The translations under genes were made by a program, and so were the position numbers. A DNA stretch of 62,703 nucleotides, the filler included, from an uncultured bacterium (GTDB lineage Bacteria; DAOPZR01), in assembly GCA_964637655.1 (NCBI GenBank). It is 13 parts of 13 records of this genome, joined end to end, with 100 filler letters (N's around TTAATTAATTAA, not from the genome) between each part and the next. Parts side by side here need not be neighbours in the genome. Positions count along the whole stretch, not along the records: positions 48,786 to 53,418 come from CAZWUZ010000294.1; positions 53,519 to 58,075 come from CAZWUZ010000295.1; positions 58,176 to 62,703 come from CAZWUZ010000296.1; 10 more parts are not named here. The stretch is one strand, 5' to 3'. The notes below the pieces were generated by a model, which saw only the letters and a list, made by a program, of their open reading frames with translations, did no database searches and was not told the origin of the DNA. How positions within the stretch are numbered: position 1 is the first letter of the stretch; each line of letters starts with the position of its first letter. Shown here in pieces: positions 50,015 to 60,292 of this stretch.

Positions 50015-50751
50015 TGTTCGTGCGCGGGGCAGCACAGGTACTGCCGCGGCAGTCGGCGGCGGGGCGCTTTTTCTACAGGCACTGCGGGGTGCCTGACCTC
50101 GGGCTGCAACTGCGCGCGCGGCATGCCTGGCAGGCGCTGCAGCAGCTGCCGCTGCCCGCACGGCTGCTCGATTACGGCTGCGGCAGCGGGCGGGTGGCGC
50201 TCGCCTGTGCCGCGCGCCTGCCGCAATGCGCGGTCACCGGCTACGATCCCGACGCGAACGCCATTGCCGCCGCGCAACAGCGCGACCAAAGCAGCCGCGT
50301 TGCATTCACCGCCGCCGCCGACAGTATCGGCAGCGGCTACGGCACCGCGCTCTGCCTCGATGTCATCGCGCATGTGCCTGATGCCGACGCGCTCGGCCAC
50401 GCACTCGCCACGGCACTCGTGCCCGGCGGCCACCTCATCCTGCATACGCCCAGCGGCAACGCCGCAGCGCATTTCGCGCGGCACCGCGCGTTCGACGCGC
50501 AGCAAACGGACCGCACGCGCCCGCACTGGTCACGCCCCGACCTCGAGGCCTGGTGCGCGCGACACGGTTTGACACCCGTGTACTGGCGGGAAACCTTCCG
50601 GCGTTTCGGTGGCGGCCTTGCCTGGGAGCTGGCGCAGCTGCTGCCGGCGTCCTGGCTGACCCCGCTCTGGTACGCCTGGTCGGTCATCGGCGAATCGCTG
50701 CCGGCGCGCGGCGGCGGCCTGCTGCTCGTCGCGCGGAGGAACGTGCCGTGA
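50011..50751 (+). CDS. Class I SAM methyltransferase
   Basis: LLDYGCGSG, DVIAHV, PGG.LILHTP. Confidence 0.82.
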   Translation: MMFVRGAAQVLPRQSAAGRFFYRHCGVPDLGLQLRARHAWQALQQLPLPARLLDYGCGSGRVALACAARLPQCAVTGYDPDANAIAAAQQRDQSSRVAFTAAADSIGSGYGTALCLDVIAHVPDADALGHALATALVPGGHLILHTPSGNAAAHFARHRAFDAQQTDRTRPHWSRPDLEAWCARHGLTPVYWRETFRRFGGGLAWELAQLLPASWLTPLWYAWSVIGESLPARGGGLLLVARRNVP

Positions 50752-51842
50752 AGGTGCTGCTCGTCAATCTCCCGGGCGAAGCCGTGACCGGCGGCACGGA
50801 GATAGTCGTCGCGCAGACCGCAGCAGTGCTGCGCGCGCACGCTCATGCCGTCACCGTTGTCGACCATGCGTCGGCCGACCCGTTCTTTGCTGCCGATGCC
50901 TTCCGCGCGGATGAGCAGCGCGCCCGGCAGGCACTGCGCGCGGTCGTCGTGCGGGAGCAGCCCGACGTTATCCATCTGCACAATTGCGCCAGCCGGCACA
51001 TCCTCGCCGACTGCGTTGCCACGGGGCACGCGGTGCGCACGCTGCATGACAGCACTCCGGCCTGCCCGCGGGGCAAACTGCTGCGCCCCGACGGCGATCT
51101 GTGCACCGCCTTTGCCTGCCACCGCGCCTGCGCGCTCTGGCGCGACCCGCGCCGCTGGCTGCGTTTCCTGCGGCTGCGCGCGCTCAATGCCCGCCTGCCA
51201 CTCATCGTTCCGAGTGTGTATCTGCACGACGCCTGCCTGCGCGCCGGCTACGCTGCGGCGCGCGTCACGGTCGTCCCGCATATCTATGCAGCTGCGCCCG
51301 ACGTGCTGCCGGGCGCCCCGCAGCCGCAGGCGCTGTTTATCGGGCGGCTGCAGCCGGAAAAGGGTCTGGCCGATTTTCTCGCACTGCGCGAAACGCTCCC
51401 CGCCGGCGCGCGGCTGGCCGTCAGCGGCGACGGCGACATGCGCACCGCCGTGCAGGAACTGGCGGCACGGTATCCGCAGCAGATCGTCTATGATGACGGC
51501 CGCGATGCGGCCCGCCGTGCGGCGCTGCTGCGTGACTGCAGTTGCGTGGTGATGCCCTCGCACCAGCCCGAGTCGTTCGGGCTCGTCGGCTTTCTCGCCG
51601 CCGCGCACGGCCGCCCGACCGTCGCCTATGACGCGGGCGGCATCAGCGCGTGGCTGCAGCCGCCCGACCTCGTCCCGTACGGCGATCGCGCGGCACTGCA
51701 GACGCGAGTGCAACACTATCTCAACCACCCCGCAGCAGCCACAGCAGCCGGTGCAGCCGCGCGGGCACACTACGCGTCCACCTTCAGCGCGGAGCGGCAC
51801 TACGCGGCGCTGCTGGCGGTCTACCGGCAGGTGGCGACATGA
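50748..51842 (+). CDS. Glycosyltransferase family 4
   Basis: GTG start; PDVIHLHN, TLHD, GRLQPEKG, PESFGLV. Confidence 0.88.
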   Translation: MKVLLVNLPGEAVTGGTEIVVAQTAAVLRAHAHAVTVVDHASADPFFAADAFRADEQRARQALRAVVVREQPDVIHLHNCASRHILADCVATGHAVRTLHDSTPACPRGKLLRPDGDLCTAFACHRACALWRDPRRWLRFLRLRALNARLPLIVPSVYLHDACLRAGYAAARVTVVPHIYAAAPDVLPGAPQPQALFIGRLQPEKGLADFLALRETLPAGARLAVSGDGDMRTAVQELAARYPQQIVYDDGRDAARRAALLRDCSCVVMPSHQPESFGLVGFLAAAHGRPTVAYDAGGISAWLQPPDLVPYGDRAALQTRVQHYLNHPAAATAAGAAARAHYASTFSAERHYAALLAVYRQVAT

Positions 51843-53317
51843 ACCGCCGGCACCTGCTCATCGCGCTGGCGGCCATCGCGCTCGCCGCCGCCGGGCTCAA
51901 CGGCCTGATCGGGCCGAACGGCGACGATGCCGCCTACGTGATGTTCGCGCAGGGGCTGCTGCGCGGACAGGGACTGGTGGAGACCTGCTCCCCCATCCCC
52001 GAGCCAAGCCATTTCCGCACCTTCACCCTGCCGCTGCTGCTGCTGCCGTTCGAGCTGCTCGTCCCCGGGCAGTGGCTGCTCTACAAGGTTGTCCCGTTCA
52101 CCGCCTTCGTGCTGCTCGCGCTGCTGCTGACGCGCTGGGGTGCCATGCGCCACCGCACCCTCTGGCTGGCGCTGACGCTGTTCAATCCGTACCTCATCGA
52201 GTATGCCGGGCTCATCCTCACGGAGATCCCCTACCTGCTGCTGTCGCTGCTGCTGCTGCGTGCGCTGTCGCGCTGGTCGCGGCGCGGGCACTGGTTGCGA
52301 CTGCTCCCGCTCGCGCTGGGGTTGTATTTCCTCATCCATACCAAGGAGCTGGGCTACGCGCTCCTGGGTGCCCTGGTGCTGTTCGCCCTGCTGCACCCGC
52401 AACGGCGGCGGGCGCTCTGGGTGGTGGCGCTCGTGCTTGCCTTCCTCGCCACGGATTACGCGGTCTTCAACCTGCGCGAAAACATTTACCTTTTCCAGAC
52501 GCGCATGGAGAACCAGTATGACCCGGGACGGGGGACCGTGACCCCGCTGAGTTTCGCGCTGCGCTGCGGGCGGCGGGTGCTGGAATACGCGCTGAACCGC
52601 TTCCCCGATTTCTTTCTGCTCCCGTACTTCCACGGCATCGACCCGCACCTGCCTGACGGCAGCATCAACCCGCGCTTCGCGCTGAAAGCGCTCCCCGGCC
52701 TGCTGCTGGCCCTGCTCATCGGGCGCGGCTGGTGGCTGAGCGCGCGGCGGCGGCGGGCACTCCCTGAGCTCTACCTGCTCCTCTATGCCGGTATCCTCGT
52801 CGCCTGGCAGTCAGGCCTGCCGCGCTACCTGATTCCCGTCGCCCCGCTGCTTTTCCTCTACCTCGTGCGCGGCGCCGGCGGGCTGCCCCGGCCGCGGTTG
52901 TGGTACGCCGCGGGCATCCTGCTCGTCCTGCTGCAGGTGACAACAGCGGCACAGATGGTATATACTGCGCGCACGCAGCCGCTGCTGCCGCACTGGGCAG
53001 CGTATTACCGCGCCTCGCAGTACGCAGCGCAGCTGCCGCCGGACACCGTCATCGCCTGCCGCAAGCCGGGAATCACCTACCTGCTCGCCGGGCGGCATGC
53101 GGTACCGTACCCGCTCACCGACCGCCCGGCGGACCTGCAGGCGACGGTGGCGCGGTTCGGGGTCACGCATATCCTCGTCGACGAACTGGCGACGGGAGGG
53201 CTGCTCGCGGACCGCTACCTGCGTCCCGCGCTGGCCGGCAGCGGGTTGCGGACACGGGTGCTGTACCACGATGGCGGGCGGACGGAATTGCGGGCAGTGG
53301 AAAACAGGTTGCCATGA
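51839..53317 (+). CDS. ArnT/PMT-like (GT-C) membrane glycosyltransferase
   Basis: GDDAAY loop after first TM helix, LTEIPY, RYLIPV, many TM helices. Confidence 0.7.
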   Translation: MNRRHLLIALAAIALAAAGLNGLIGPNGDDAAYVMFAQGLLRGQGLVETCSPIPEPSHFRTFTLPLLLLPFELLVPGQWLLYKVVPFTAFVLLALLLTRWGAMRHRTLWLALTLFNPYLIEYAGLILTEIPYLLLSLLLLRALSRWSRRGHWLRLLPLALGLYFLIHTKELGYALLGALVLFALLHPQRRRALWVVALVLAFLATDYAVFNLRENIYLFQTRMENQYDPGRGTVTPLSFALRCGRRVLEYALNRFPDFFLLPYFHGIDPHLPDGSINPRFALKALPGLLLALLIGRGWWLSARRRRALPELYLLLYAGILVAWQSGLPRYLIPVAPLLFLYLVRGAGGLPRPRLWYAAGILLVLLQVTTAAQMVYTARTQPLLPHWAAYYRASQYAAQLPPDTVIACRKPGITYLLAGRHAVPYPLTDRPADLQATVARFGVTHILVDELATGGLLADRYLRPALAGSGLRTRVLYHDGGRTELRAVENRLP

Positions 53318-53418
53318 TCAGCGTCATCATCCCGGCCTACAACGAGCGGGGAACCATCCATGAACTGGTGCGCCGCGTGCGCGCCGAGGCGACCCCCAAG
53401 GAGATCATCGTCGTTGAC
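53314..53418 (+). CDS. Glycosyltransferase family 2, N-terminal fragment
   Basis: MISVIIPAYNE...EIIVVD. Confidence 0.85.
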
Positions 53419-53518
53419 NNNNNNNNNNNNNNNNNNNNNNNNNNNNNNNNNNNNNNNNNNNNTTAATTAATTAANNNNNNNNNNNNNNNNNNNNNNNNNN
53501 NNNNNNNNNNNNNNNNNN

Positions 53519-54568
53519 CGCCGGCGTCAGCAGTTCGCAGCCGCGGGCCGTGACCAGCACTGTATCCTCGAGGCGAATACCGAATTTCCCCGGGAAATAG
53601 ACGCCCGGCTCGATGGTGATGGCCATGCCCGCCTGCAGGCGCAGCGGGTTGCGGCCGTTGACCACCGGCTCCTCATGAATTTTCAGCCCGACCCCGTGCC
53701 CGAGGTTGTGGGTGAAATACTGTTCCAGCCGGTGCCGTTTGAGCACCGCGCGCACCGCGCGGTCGAGGTCACTGATGGTACACCCTGCACGACAGATTTT
53801 TTTCGCTGCCGCCTGCGCCTGCGCCACCGCGCGCCACGCACGCTGCACCGGCGCCGGCAGCGGCGACAGCGCCAGCATGCGCGTCATGTCGACGATATAC
53901 CCCTGCCAGTTCGCACCGCAGTCGATGAGCAGCGGCTCGCCGCGCCGCAAAATGCGGTCAGTCGGATTGTGGTGCGGGTGCGCGGCATGCGGACCCGACG
54001 CGACCATCGTCTCGAACGCCGGCGGTGCGCCGGTATGCCGCAGGATGGCGGCATCGAGCAGCAGCGCCATTTCCCGCTCGCTTTTGCCGACAGCAAACTG
54101 CCCCCGTGCCTCCGCGAAGGCGCGGGCCAGCCGCTGTCCCGCCGCGCGCAGCAGCGCCTGTTCAGCACGGTCCTTGACCGCACGCAGCGGGGCGAACGCC
54201 ACGTTGCGGGAATGCCACAGCACCTCGGGAAAGGCCTCGCGCCAGCGCCGCGCCTGCAGCGCGGTCGTCTCCCCCTCGTCAAAAGCGACGAGCAGCGTGC
54301 GTCCCGCCTGCGCCACCGCGCGGTGCAGCGCATCCTGCCATGAGGCCAGCGGCGCCACCGTCACGCCGCGCACTTCCGTTTTCCCCTTTTCGAGGTAGCG
54401 CGCATCGAGGAAGAGCGTGGCCGTGCGCGGCAGCACCAGCAGCAGGCCGGTGCTCCCGACAAACCCGGTGAAATAGCGCAGCGCCACCGGGGCGGTGACG
54501 AGACAACCGTCGATGCGCTCGCCCTGCAGGTACGCACGCAGGCGGCGCAACCGCAGCGCGATGCTCAT
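53519..54568 (-). CDS. Xaa-Pro aminopeptidase (M24 family)
   Basis: HPHH, IDCG, DMTR, HNLGHGVGLKIHEEP, TIEPGVY, GIRLED. Confidence 0.92.
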
Positions 54569-55002
54569 CTGTTCACCGCGCGCGCGGCAAAGTCGAGTGC
54601 CAGCAGGTAGCTGTCGGCGCCCAGGCCGGCAATCTGCCCGACACAGGCGGGCGCCACCAGCGAGGTATGCCGGTATTCCTCGCGCGACGCGATGTTCGAC
54701 AGGTGCACTTCGATGGTTGGCACCCCGGCCGCGCGGATGGCGTCCTGGATGGCAATCGAGGTATGCGTGTAGGCGCCCGGATTGATGATGAGGTAGGCAT
54801 AAGTGCCCGCCGCCTGCCCGATGCGGTCGACGATCTCCCCTTCGTGGTTCGACTGGCAGCAGTCGAGTTCCACCCCGAGCGCCTGCGCCCGCGCGCGCAG
54901 CTGCTCCTCGATCTGCGCGAGGGTCAGCGTGCCGTAGATGCCCGGCTCCCGCTTCCCCAGCAGGTTGAGATTGGGCCCGTTGATAACCAGAATTCGTGCC
55001 AT
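54565..55002 (-). CDS. aroQ: Type II 3-dehydroquinate dehydratase
   Basis: NGPNLNLLGKREP.IYG, QSNHEG, INPGAYTHTS, EVHLSN. Confidence 0.96.
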   Translation of the reverse strand: MARILVINGPNLNLLGKREPGIYGTLTLAQIEEQLRARAQALGVELDCCQSNHEGEIVDRIGQAAGTYAYLIINPGAYTHTSIAIQDAIRAAGVPTIEVHLSNIASREEYRHTSLVAPACVGQIAGLGADSYLLALDFAARAVNR

Positions 55003-55015
55003 GGTGTCTGTCCTT

Positions 55016-55567
55016 TCAGGTGCCGTGCGCCGCCGCGCGGGCCTGCTGCCCGCCGCGCAGCAGGCGGACGATGGCATCCGCTACCTCTTCCGCCGTCATA
55101 CCGTCCGTCGGCACTGCCAGCCCGGCGCGCGCATACGCGTCCGCGCGCTGCGCCAGCAGCGTCTCCACTTTCGCCGTGCGTTCCGCCGGGGTGCCCTGCA
55201 GCAGCGGGCGGTCGCTCCCTGCCGTGCGCGCGAGAATGGTGCCGACCTTCGCGGTCAGCACGAAGTGGATGCTCCCCTGCCGCCGCAGCGCCGCGAGATT
55301 CTCCGCGCGCAGGACCGCCCCCCCGCCGCAGGCGATGACCGCGTTTTCCTTCTCCGCCAGCCGCGTGATGGCCTGCGTCTCCAGCCGGCGGAAGGTCTCC
55401 TCCCCCTGCTTCGCGAAGATGTCGGGGATGGGTCCCGCTTCGCGCGCGATTTCCGTGTCGCTGTCGTAAAAGACGCGCCCGAGACGCCGCGCGAGGATGG
55501 CCCCGACCGCGCTCTTGCCCGTCCCCATGAACCCGAAGAGGACGACGGGGCCGCTGCGTTCGCTCAT
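55016..55567 (-). CDS. aroK: Shikimate kinase
   Basis: GFMGTGKS, GEETFRRLE, ACGGG, RPLL. Confidence 0.93.
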   Translation of the reverse strand: MSERSGPVVLFGFMGTGKSAVGAILARRLGRVFYDSDTEIAREAGPIPDIFAKQGEETFRRLETQAITRLAEKENAVIACGGGAVLRAENLAALRRQGSIHFVLTAKVGTILARTAGSDRPLLQGTPAERTAKVETLLAQRADAYARAGLAVPTDGMTAEEVADAIVRLLRGGQQARAAAHGT

Positions 55568-56052
55568 GCCGGCTCGAGCAGGGCGACCGCCTGCGCGGCG
55601 ATCCCCTCGCAGCGTCCGAGGAAGCCGAGCTGCTCGGTCGTCTTCCCCTTGATGTTCACCGCCTCCGGCGCGACTTCCAGCAACTGCGCGATGCGCGCCT
55701 GCAGTTCCGCGCGGTGCGGGGTGATTTTCGGCTGTTCGCAAATGACCGTGGCATCGAGGTTGGCCACGCGCCAGCCCGCCGCCCGCACCTTCGCCACCAC
55801 CGCCTGCAGCAGTTTGCCCGAGTCGGCGTTGTGCCACTGCGGGTCGGTATCGGGGAAATGCTGCCCGATGTCGCCCAGCGCGGCGGCGCCGAGCAGCGCG
55901 TCGCTGACCGCGTGCAGCAGCACGTCGGCGTCGGAATGCCCGGCGAGCCCCTGCGGGAATTTGAGTTTCACGCCGCCGAGCATCAGCGGACGCCCGGCAC
56001 AGAAGCGGTGCACGTCGAAGCCGATGCCTACACGAGCGGATGCGGGAGCCAT
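55564..56052 (-). CDS. ispF: 2-C-methyl-D-erythritol 2,4-cyclodiphosphate synthase
   Basis: [40 protein letters not shown]. Confidence 0.96.
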   Translation of the reverse strand: MAPASARVGIGFDVHRFCAGRPLMLGGVKLKFPQGLAGHSDADVLLHAVSDALLGAAALGDIGQHFPDTDPQWHNADSGKLLQAVVAKVRAAGWRVANLDATVICEQPKITPHRAELQARIAQLLEVAPEAVNIKGKTTEQLGFLGRCEGIAAQAVALLEPA

Positions 56053-56705
56053 TGGCTGTCCTCCGGGGTGGTCACCTTGCGGTTGGCACTGTCGCCGGCG
56101 ACGCAGTGCACCGCGCCGCCGAGGCGTTCGACGAGCGAGGCATCGTCGGTACCGATGAACCCGTCGCGCCGCGCCGCGGCCAGCGCGTCGCGCAACACGC
56201 TGATGCGGAACCCCTGCGGGGTCTGCACGGCACGCAGGCGGGCGCGGTCAGGCGTGCGCACCACGATGTCACCGTCCACTTCCTTGATGGTGTCCACGAC
56301 CGGCACCACGGGGATAACCGCATCGTGGCCGTGCAGCGCCGTCACCACACGCGCCACCAGGTCAGCCGGCGGAAACGGGCGCGCGGCATCATGCTCGATG
56401 ACGTGCGTGATCTCCGGCGCGACCGCGGCAAGCGCATTGTTGACGCTGTCCTGCCGCTCCGCCCCGCCCGCCACCACCGCCAGGCGCAGGCCGCGCGCCG
56501 CGACAAACGCCAGTTCCCGTTCCACCGCGGGGATATCCTCCGCGCGGGTCGCCACCACCAGTTCCGCCAATCCCTCCGTGCCGAGCAGCGCGGCCGCAGC
56601 GTGCGCGAGCAGCGTACGGTCACCACAGCGGCGCAGCGCCTTGTTGACGCCGCCGCCGAACCGGGTGCTCTGCCCGGCGGCAACGATCAGCGCGGCGAGT
56701 TTCAC
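56028..56705 (-). CDS. ispD: 2-C-methyl-D-erythritol 4-phosphate cytidylyltransferase
   Basis: [41 protein letters not shown]. Confidence 0.95.
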   Translation of the reverse strand: MKLAALIVAAGQSTRFGGGVNKALRRCGDRTLLAHAAAALLGTEGLAELVVATRAEDIPAVERELAFVAARGLRLAVVAGGAERQDSVNNALAAVAPEITHVIEHDAARPFPPADLVARVVTALHGHDAVIPVVPVVDTIKEVDGDIVVRTPDRARLRAVQTPQGFRISVLRDALAAARRDGFIGTDDASLVERLGGAVHCVAGDSANRKVTTPEDSQWLPHPLV

Positions 56706-57616
56706 CGTCCGGCCGGCGTCTCGCCGAAGCGGGTGAAGATCATGCGCCCGGCCGAGGTCTGGATGATGCTGGTGACGGTCACCTTGAGGGTCTTGCCGAT
56801 CTGCGCGCGGCCATTGTCGACCACCACCATGGTACCGTCCTCGAGGTAGCCGACCCCCTGTCCCGCTTCCTTCCCCTCCTTGACCACCTGGATATGCAGT
56901 TCCTCACCCGGCAGCACCACGGGCTTGAGGGCGATGGCCAGGTCGTTGATGTTGAGTACGCTGACATCCTGCAGTCCCGCCACCTTGTTGAGATTGTAGT
57001 CGATGGTAAGGATGGCGGCCTTGAGCTGCTGCGCGAGGCGAATGAGTTTGACATCCACCTCTTTCGCCTCCGGCACATCCTGCTCAATGACTTTCACCGA
57101 CAGGTCCGGGTGGTCCTGCAACTGCTTGAGGATGTCCAGCCCGCGCCGCCCGCGCCCGCGCCGCATGGCGTCGGACGAGTCGGCAATCCCCTGCAATTCG
57201 CGCAGGATGAAGCGCGGCACGAGCAGGTCGCCTTCGAGAAACCGGCACTTGCCGATGTCGATAATGCGCCCGTCGATGATGACGCTGGTGTCGAGCAGTT
57301 TCGGGGCGCTGTGCACCGCCTCGGTATGCTCGGCGAGCAGCGGCAGCAGGTGGCAGAGTCCCTCCTGCTGCGCCGCGGCGAGCAGCATGCCGCTGAGGAA
57401 AAAGAGCAGATGGGTGAGGAACCAGATCCCGGCGGGAACGTCGGGGACGAAACGCATGACCGAGAAAAGCAGCAGGTTGCTGATGAGCAGTCCGAGGATG
57501 CCGCCGCCGAGACGGATGATGATTTCGCGTACGGGACGCCGGCGCCACCGGACCATGCCCAGTGCCAGCAGGATAAGCACGGTGAAAATAAGAACGGTAG
57601 AATGCTGGTGGGTCAT
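56702..57616 (-). CDS. yacL: Membrane PIN/TRAM domain protein (YacL-like)
   Basis: [43 protein letters not shown]. Confidence 0.9.
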   Translation of the reverse strand: MTHQHSTVLIFTVLILLALGMVRWRRRPVREIIIRLGGGILGLLISNLLLFSVMRFVPDVPAGIWFLTHLLFFLSGMLLAAAQQEGLCHLLPLLAEHTEAVHSAPKLLDTSVIIDGRIIDIGKCRFLEGDLLVPRFILRELQGIADSSDAMRRGRGRRGLDILKQLQDHPDLSVKVIEQDVPEAKEVDVKLIRLAQQLKAAILTIDYNLNKVAGLQDVSVLNINDLAIALKPVVLPGEELHIQVVKEGKEAGQGVGYLEDGTMVVVDNGRAQIGKTLKVTVTSIIQTSAGRMIFTRFGETPAGR

Positions 57617-58075
57617 GGAAGGTCGCCTCCTTTCGTCAGATGGGCGGCAGCCAGAGCTGCCGCCAGGGTGGCCGCCCCCGCAAAGGGGAGCGGATGCTGT
57701 TCACCGGCAAAGCGCGCCGGACCGATGGCGCTGGTACAGCCGAGTTTCGCACATTCGCGCAGGCGCAATTCGCCGCCGAGCACGGGGAGGATTTCCCCCG
57801 AGAGCGCCAGTTCGCCGACAAGCGCGAGGCCCGCGGGAAGCGGCACGTCGCGCAGGTGCGAGATAACCGCGAGGGCGACCGCCAGGTCGGCGCCCGGGTC
57901 GTCGCTGACCCGCAGGCCGCCGGTCACCGAGACGTAGATGTCGCGCGTGCCGACGGGGATGCCGGCCCGGCGCTCGAGCACGGCCAGGATCATCAGCAGG
58001 CGGTTGTAGTCGATCCCCGACGCCACGCGGCGCGGATTGCCGAACACCGTCGGCACGGCCCGTGCCTGCACCTCG
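57613..58075 (-). CDS. radA: DNA repair protein RadA, C-terminal part
   Basis: [41 protein letters not shown]. Confidence 0.9.
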
Positions 58076-58175
58076 NNNNNNNNNNNNNNNNNNNNNNNNN
58101 NNNNNNNNNNNNNNNNNNNTTAATTAATTAANNNNNNNNNNNNNNNNNNNNNNNNNNNNNNNNNNNNNNNNNNNN

Positions 58176-58548
58176 GGTGCCGGCGGGGACGCACACGGTG
58201 AAAATGCGCTTCCTCGCCCCGGCACGCAGGGTGGCGCTGGTGCTCTTCGTGCTGGCGCTGCTGGCCACGGTCTTTCTGCTGGCGGGACGCCGCGAATGGA
58301 GGCATCCGCTGTCGCACACGCTCAATCGCAACGTGCAGCGGGCGGTGGTCATCATCGCGCTGACGGTGCTGCTGCTCGGCACCCGCTGGCTGGCCGCGGG
58401 ACGCGACCTGCATATCTTCCTGACCGGACCGTCGGCCTACCGGCTCGCGCCGCGCGCGACGTACGAGGCGATGGCGCGCGGTTTCCAGCAGCGCGGACTT
58501 GACCTGCCCGCCTACCGTGCGGCCCGCCTCGCGCAGGTCGCGGAATGA
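58176..58548 (+). CDS. Hypothetical membrane protein (5' truncated)
   Basis: Open frame with two hydrophobic segments. Confidence 0.5.
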
Positions 58549-58584
58549 TGCTATACTGACCGAAAGCAGCGACGGAGGAGATCC

Positions 58585-58980
58585 ATGGCATACAAGAGTC
58601 CGGCCCAGCCGCCCCGCAAGAAGAAATTCGCCGGCGGCCTGATGTTCCTCGCCTTTTTCATCGCCATGTGCTGCGTCATCTACCTGCCATGGGACCAGTA
58701 CCTCCCCATCAAGCCGGACGTGCCGTCGTGGGAACAGCCGCAGGAGCAGGCGCCGGCGGCACCTCCGCCCGGGCAGCAGTCGGTGGTCGACCGCATCGCC
58801 ACTGAGCGCTACGGCAGCGGTTACGTCGAGACGCGGCCGGATGCCGCGTGGTACAACGACACGCAACTTTTCATGAAGGCGGTCGCGTCGCTGCGCGCCA
58901 CGCTGGCTTCGAGCACCATCACGCTGGTGGTGCTTGTCGGCTTTGTCCTCCCCTTTTCCCTCTTTTTCTTCATCAAGTAA
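58585..58980 (+). CDS. Hypothetical two-TM membrane protein
   Basis: GGAGGAG SD, TATACT -10 upstream, two TM helices. Confidence 0.7.
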   Translation: MAYKSPAQPPRKKKFAGGLMFLAFFIAMCCVIYLPWDQYLPIKPDVPSWEQPQEQAPAAPPPGQQSVVDRIATERYGSGYVETRPDAAWYNDTQLFMKAVASLRATLASSTITLVVLVGFVLPFSLFFFIK

Positions 58981-59012
58981 CTGACAGGGAAAACGGAGCG
59001 GACGGCAAGGCG

Positions 59013-59370
59013 TTCACCACAGAGCCCGCAGAGCACACAGAGAAAAACTGGAGAACAGCGTGGGAAGCTGGCCCTGCGGGCAGCGCTACAGCACAGACAC
59101 ACAACCACTACCGTCAGCTAACCGCAGGCGCTCCGTGTGCTCTGTGTGCTCCGCGGTGAAAGGTTTCTGTTATTGTACCGGATTGGGGAACCACGGAGCA
59201 CACGGCGCGAACGAAAGAAGTCGTAAAGGCGTTCACCGCAGAGCACACAGAGAAAAACTGGAGAACAGCGTGGGAAGCTGGCCCTGCGGGCAGCGCTACA
59301 GCACAGACACACAACCACTACCGTCAGCTAACCGCAGGCGCTCCGTGTGCTCTGTGTGCTCTGTGGTGAA
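59013..59370. repeat. Two tandem copies of the 9-mer inverted-arm element (59013-59160, 59232-59370) with a degenerate arm between them
   Basis: About 125 bp identical at 210-bp period; each copy bounded by TTCACC...GGTGAA; located between convergent genes. Confidence 0.92.
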
Positions 59371-59388
59371 AAATGCTGTGTGCCGTTA

Positions 59389-60288
59389 TCAGGCGGGGCC
59401 GAGCAGGAAGCGGTTGAAAAAGGTGATGAGGCGCACGCGGTATTCCGCGGTCGCGCAGCTGTAGGCCTGCGCATGGCCCGCGCCCCTGACCAGCCATAAC
59501 TCCCTGGGGCCCGTGGCTGCGCTGAACACGGCGTGCAGGTCTGCCGGGGGCATGCGGGTGTCTGCCGTGCCGCCGACGAGTAACAGTGGAAACGCGCGTT
59601 GCGCGGCGGCCTCGCGCGGGGAGACGCGGCGCGGGTCGGTGCGGAACTGCCACTGCCAGAGCCAGCGCAGCGGCTGTGCCAGCGGCGACCAGCGCCCGTA
59701 GGCGAGGCGCAGGTGGCGGCGGATGGCGGTGTCGAGGTCGGCATAGACCGAATCGGCGAAGACCGCGGCTACGCGCGTGTCAGACGCCGCCGCCATGATG
59801 CCGGCGCAGGCCCCGAGCGACAGCCCGTAGAGGCCGAGCGGGCGCCCTGGCGCGCGCAGTGCGAGTTCATCGAGCGCCGCGCGCACGTCGCGCACCTCGT
59901 GCAGCCCGAGCGTGACCGGCGCATCGCCGCTCTCGCCATGTCCGCGGAAATCGAACTGCAGCACGGCGAACCCGATCTGCTGCAGCAGCGCGGCAATATG
60001 GGCGACATCGGAACGGTTGACCGCGAGCCCGTGGCAGACGACGATGCCGGGCACCCCGTCGCTGAGGCCGGGATAATACCACCCGGCGAGACGCACACCG
60101 TCAGCGGCGGCAAAAGTGATGCTCTCCGCGGTGGCGCGGTAGGTGGCGGGAATGGCGCTGAGCGGGGACCGGGAGGGATGGAGATTGAGCCAGTAGGAGA
60201 AGCCGAGGGCCAGCAGCCACGCGCCCAGCAGCGCGAGGGCGGGGACACGCAGCAGGCGCCACCGTGTCGGGGTCAGGCGCAGGCGCAT
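59389..60288 (-). CDS. Alpha/beta hydrolase
   Basis: DGVRLAGWY, HG, FDFRGHGES, GLSLG nucleophile, D and GAGH. Confidence 0.9.
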   Translation of the reverse strand: MRLRLTPTRWRLLRVPALALLGAWLLALGFSYWLNLHPSRSPLSAIPATYRATAESITFAAADGVRLAGWYYPGLSDGVPGIVVCHGLAVNRSDVAHIAALLQQIGFAVLQFDFRGHGESGDAPVTLGLHEVRDVRAALDELALRAPGRPLGLYGLSLGACAGIMAAASDTRVAAVFADSVYADLDTAIRRHLRLAYGRWSPLAQPLRWLWQWQFRTDPRRVSPREAAAQRAFPLLLVGGTADTRMPPADLHAVFSAATGPRELWLVRGAGHAQAYSCATAEYRVRLITFFNRFLLGPA

Positions 60289-60292
60289 GGCG

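Noticed and set aside
59060..59464. Short ORFs across the 59-kb repeats
   Set aside because: Translations of the non-coding tandem element between convergent genes.
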